Assembly (NCBI RefSeq): GCF_001194135.2
Contig: NC_068987.1
Location: 58,382,017 to 58,418,488, forward strand
Reading direction: 5' to 3'
DNA: 36,472 nt
Origin: Octopus bimaculoides
Lineage: Eukaryota
The notes below the pieces were generated by a model. The model saw only the letters and a program-made list of their open reading frames with translations, made no database searches and was not told where the DNA came from. The position numbers were made by a program, and so were the translations under genes. Below, in pieces: positions 35,722 to 36,472 of the stretch (its first letter is position 1; the number at the start of each line of letters is the position of its first letter).

Positions 35722-35789
35722 TATGTATGTATGTATGTATGTATGTATGTATGTATGTATGTATGTATGTATGTACTTCTTTTTTAACA

Positions 35790-35895
35790 GACCGGTACTT
35801 TATTCTTTCAAAATCTTTTGCCAAACCGCCAAGTCACGAGAAAATAAGCACACCAACACCGCTTGTCGAGCGATGACGGGGGACAAATAAACACA
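35790..35895 (-). mobile_element. SINE family C fragment
   Basis: GGTACTTTATTCTTTC...TTTTGCCAAACCGCCAAGTCACG...ACCAACACCGCTTGTCGAGCGATG. Confidence 0.7.
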
Positions 35896-35909
35896 CATAC
35901 ATACATACA

Positions 35910-35942
<33 letters not shown>

Positions 35943-36472
35943 TATATAAGAATTACTATAAACGAAAGAATGTTGTTTACAGATGTAAGGTTATTTCCGA
36001 GGGCAGGATTTACATTTATATAGGTGTCACGTAGAATTTTATTTAGAAACGTATTTCTAACCATATTTACATCTTTAGTAATAGAAACAGGTCTTCTTCT
36101 ACTAGTCTTAGTATTTGGGATTTAAAGAACAAGAAAAAATGTATGTGTGTGTACGTGTGAATGTGTATGTGGGTATATGTAAATATACGGGTGTGATACA
36201 TGCACATGTGCATGTGTGCATACATGTATGTATACATGTGTGTGGATATATATGTGTAAATATGTATATATACACACATACTCGCGCGTGTGTATTTTTT
36301 CTGCTTCATACGTGCCCATATATTTGCGCATTCATCCATCATTATCATCATGGTCATCGTTTAACATCCACATGGAAAATGGACATTGAGCGGCGATGAT
36401 GATGGTGGTGGGTGCGTGGGTGGAGATTTGAGGGCGTGTGAGCTGGAGGGGATATAAGTTTATATATATATA

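Overview
AT-rich, gapped (9 N-runs) eukaryotic draft sequence, almost certainly a coleoid cephalopod and probably Octopus. This is inferred from SINE families I recognise and the very high microsatellite density; no search was run. It is mostly decayed mobile DNA: three R4/Dong-type RLE non-LTR fragments, an RTE RT, an I-group LINE RT, a Penelope-like element (PLE), a Tigger/pogo, a DD37D maT transposon, Tc1/mariner and hAT MITEs, a probable 3' LTR and about 20 tRNA-type SINE copies. No intact transposon ORF is present, and most ORF-track entries are N-gap or microsatellite artefacts. Highlights: (1) a complete set of hammerhead ribozyme core nucleotides at 25026-25097 with the three strands in a non-circularly permuted, pseudoknotted order; (2) a minimal type I hammerhead with a U3-A8 core variant at 4703-4745, downstream of the PLE; (3) a co-oriented chain of retroelements nested in (AAT)n arrays; (4) a candidate first coding exon encoding an N-myristoylation motif (MGANSSK) at 31356.
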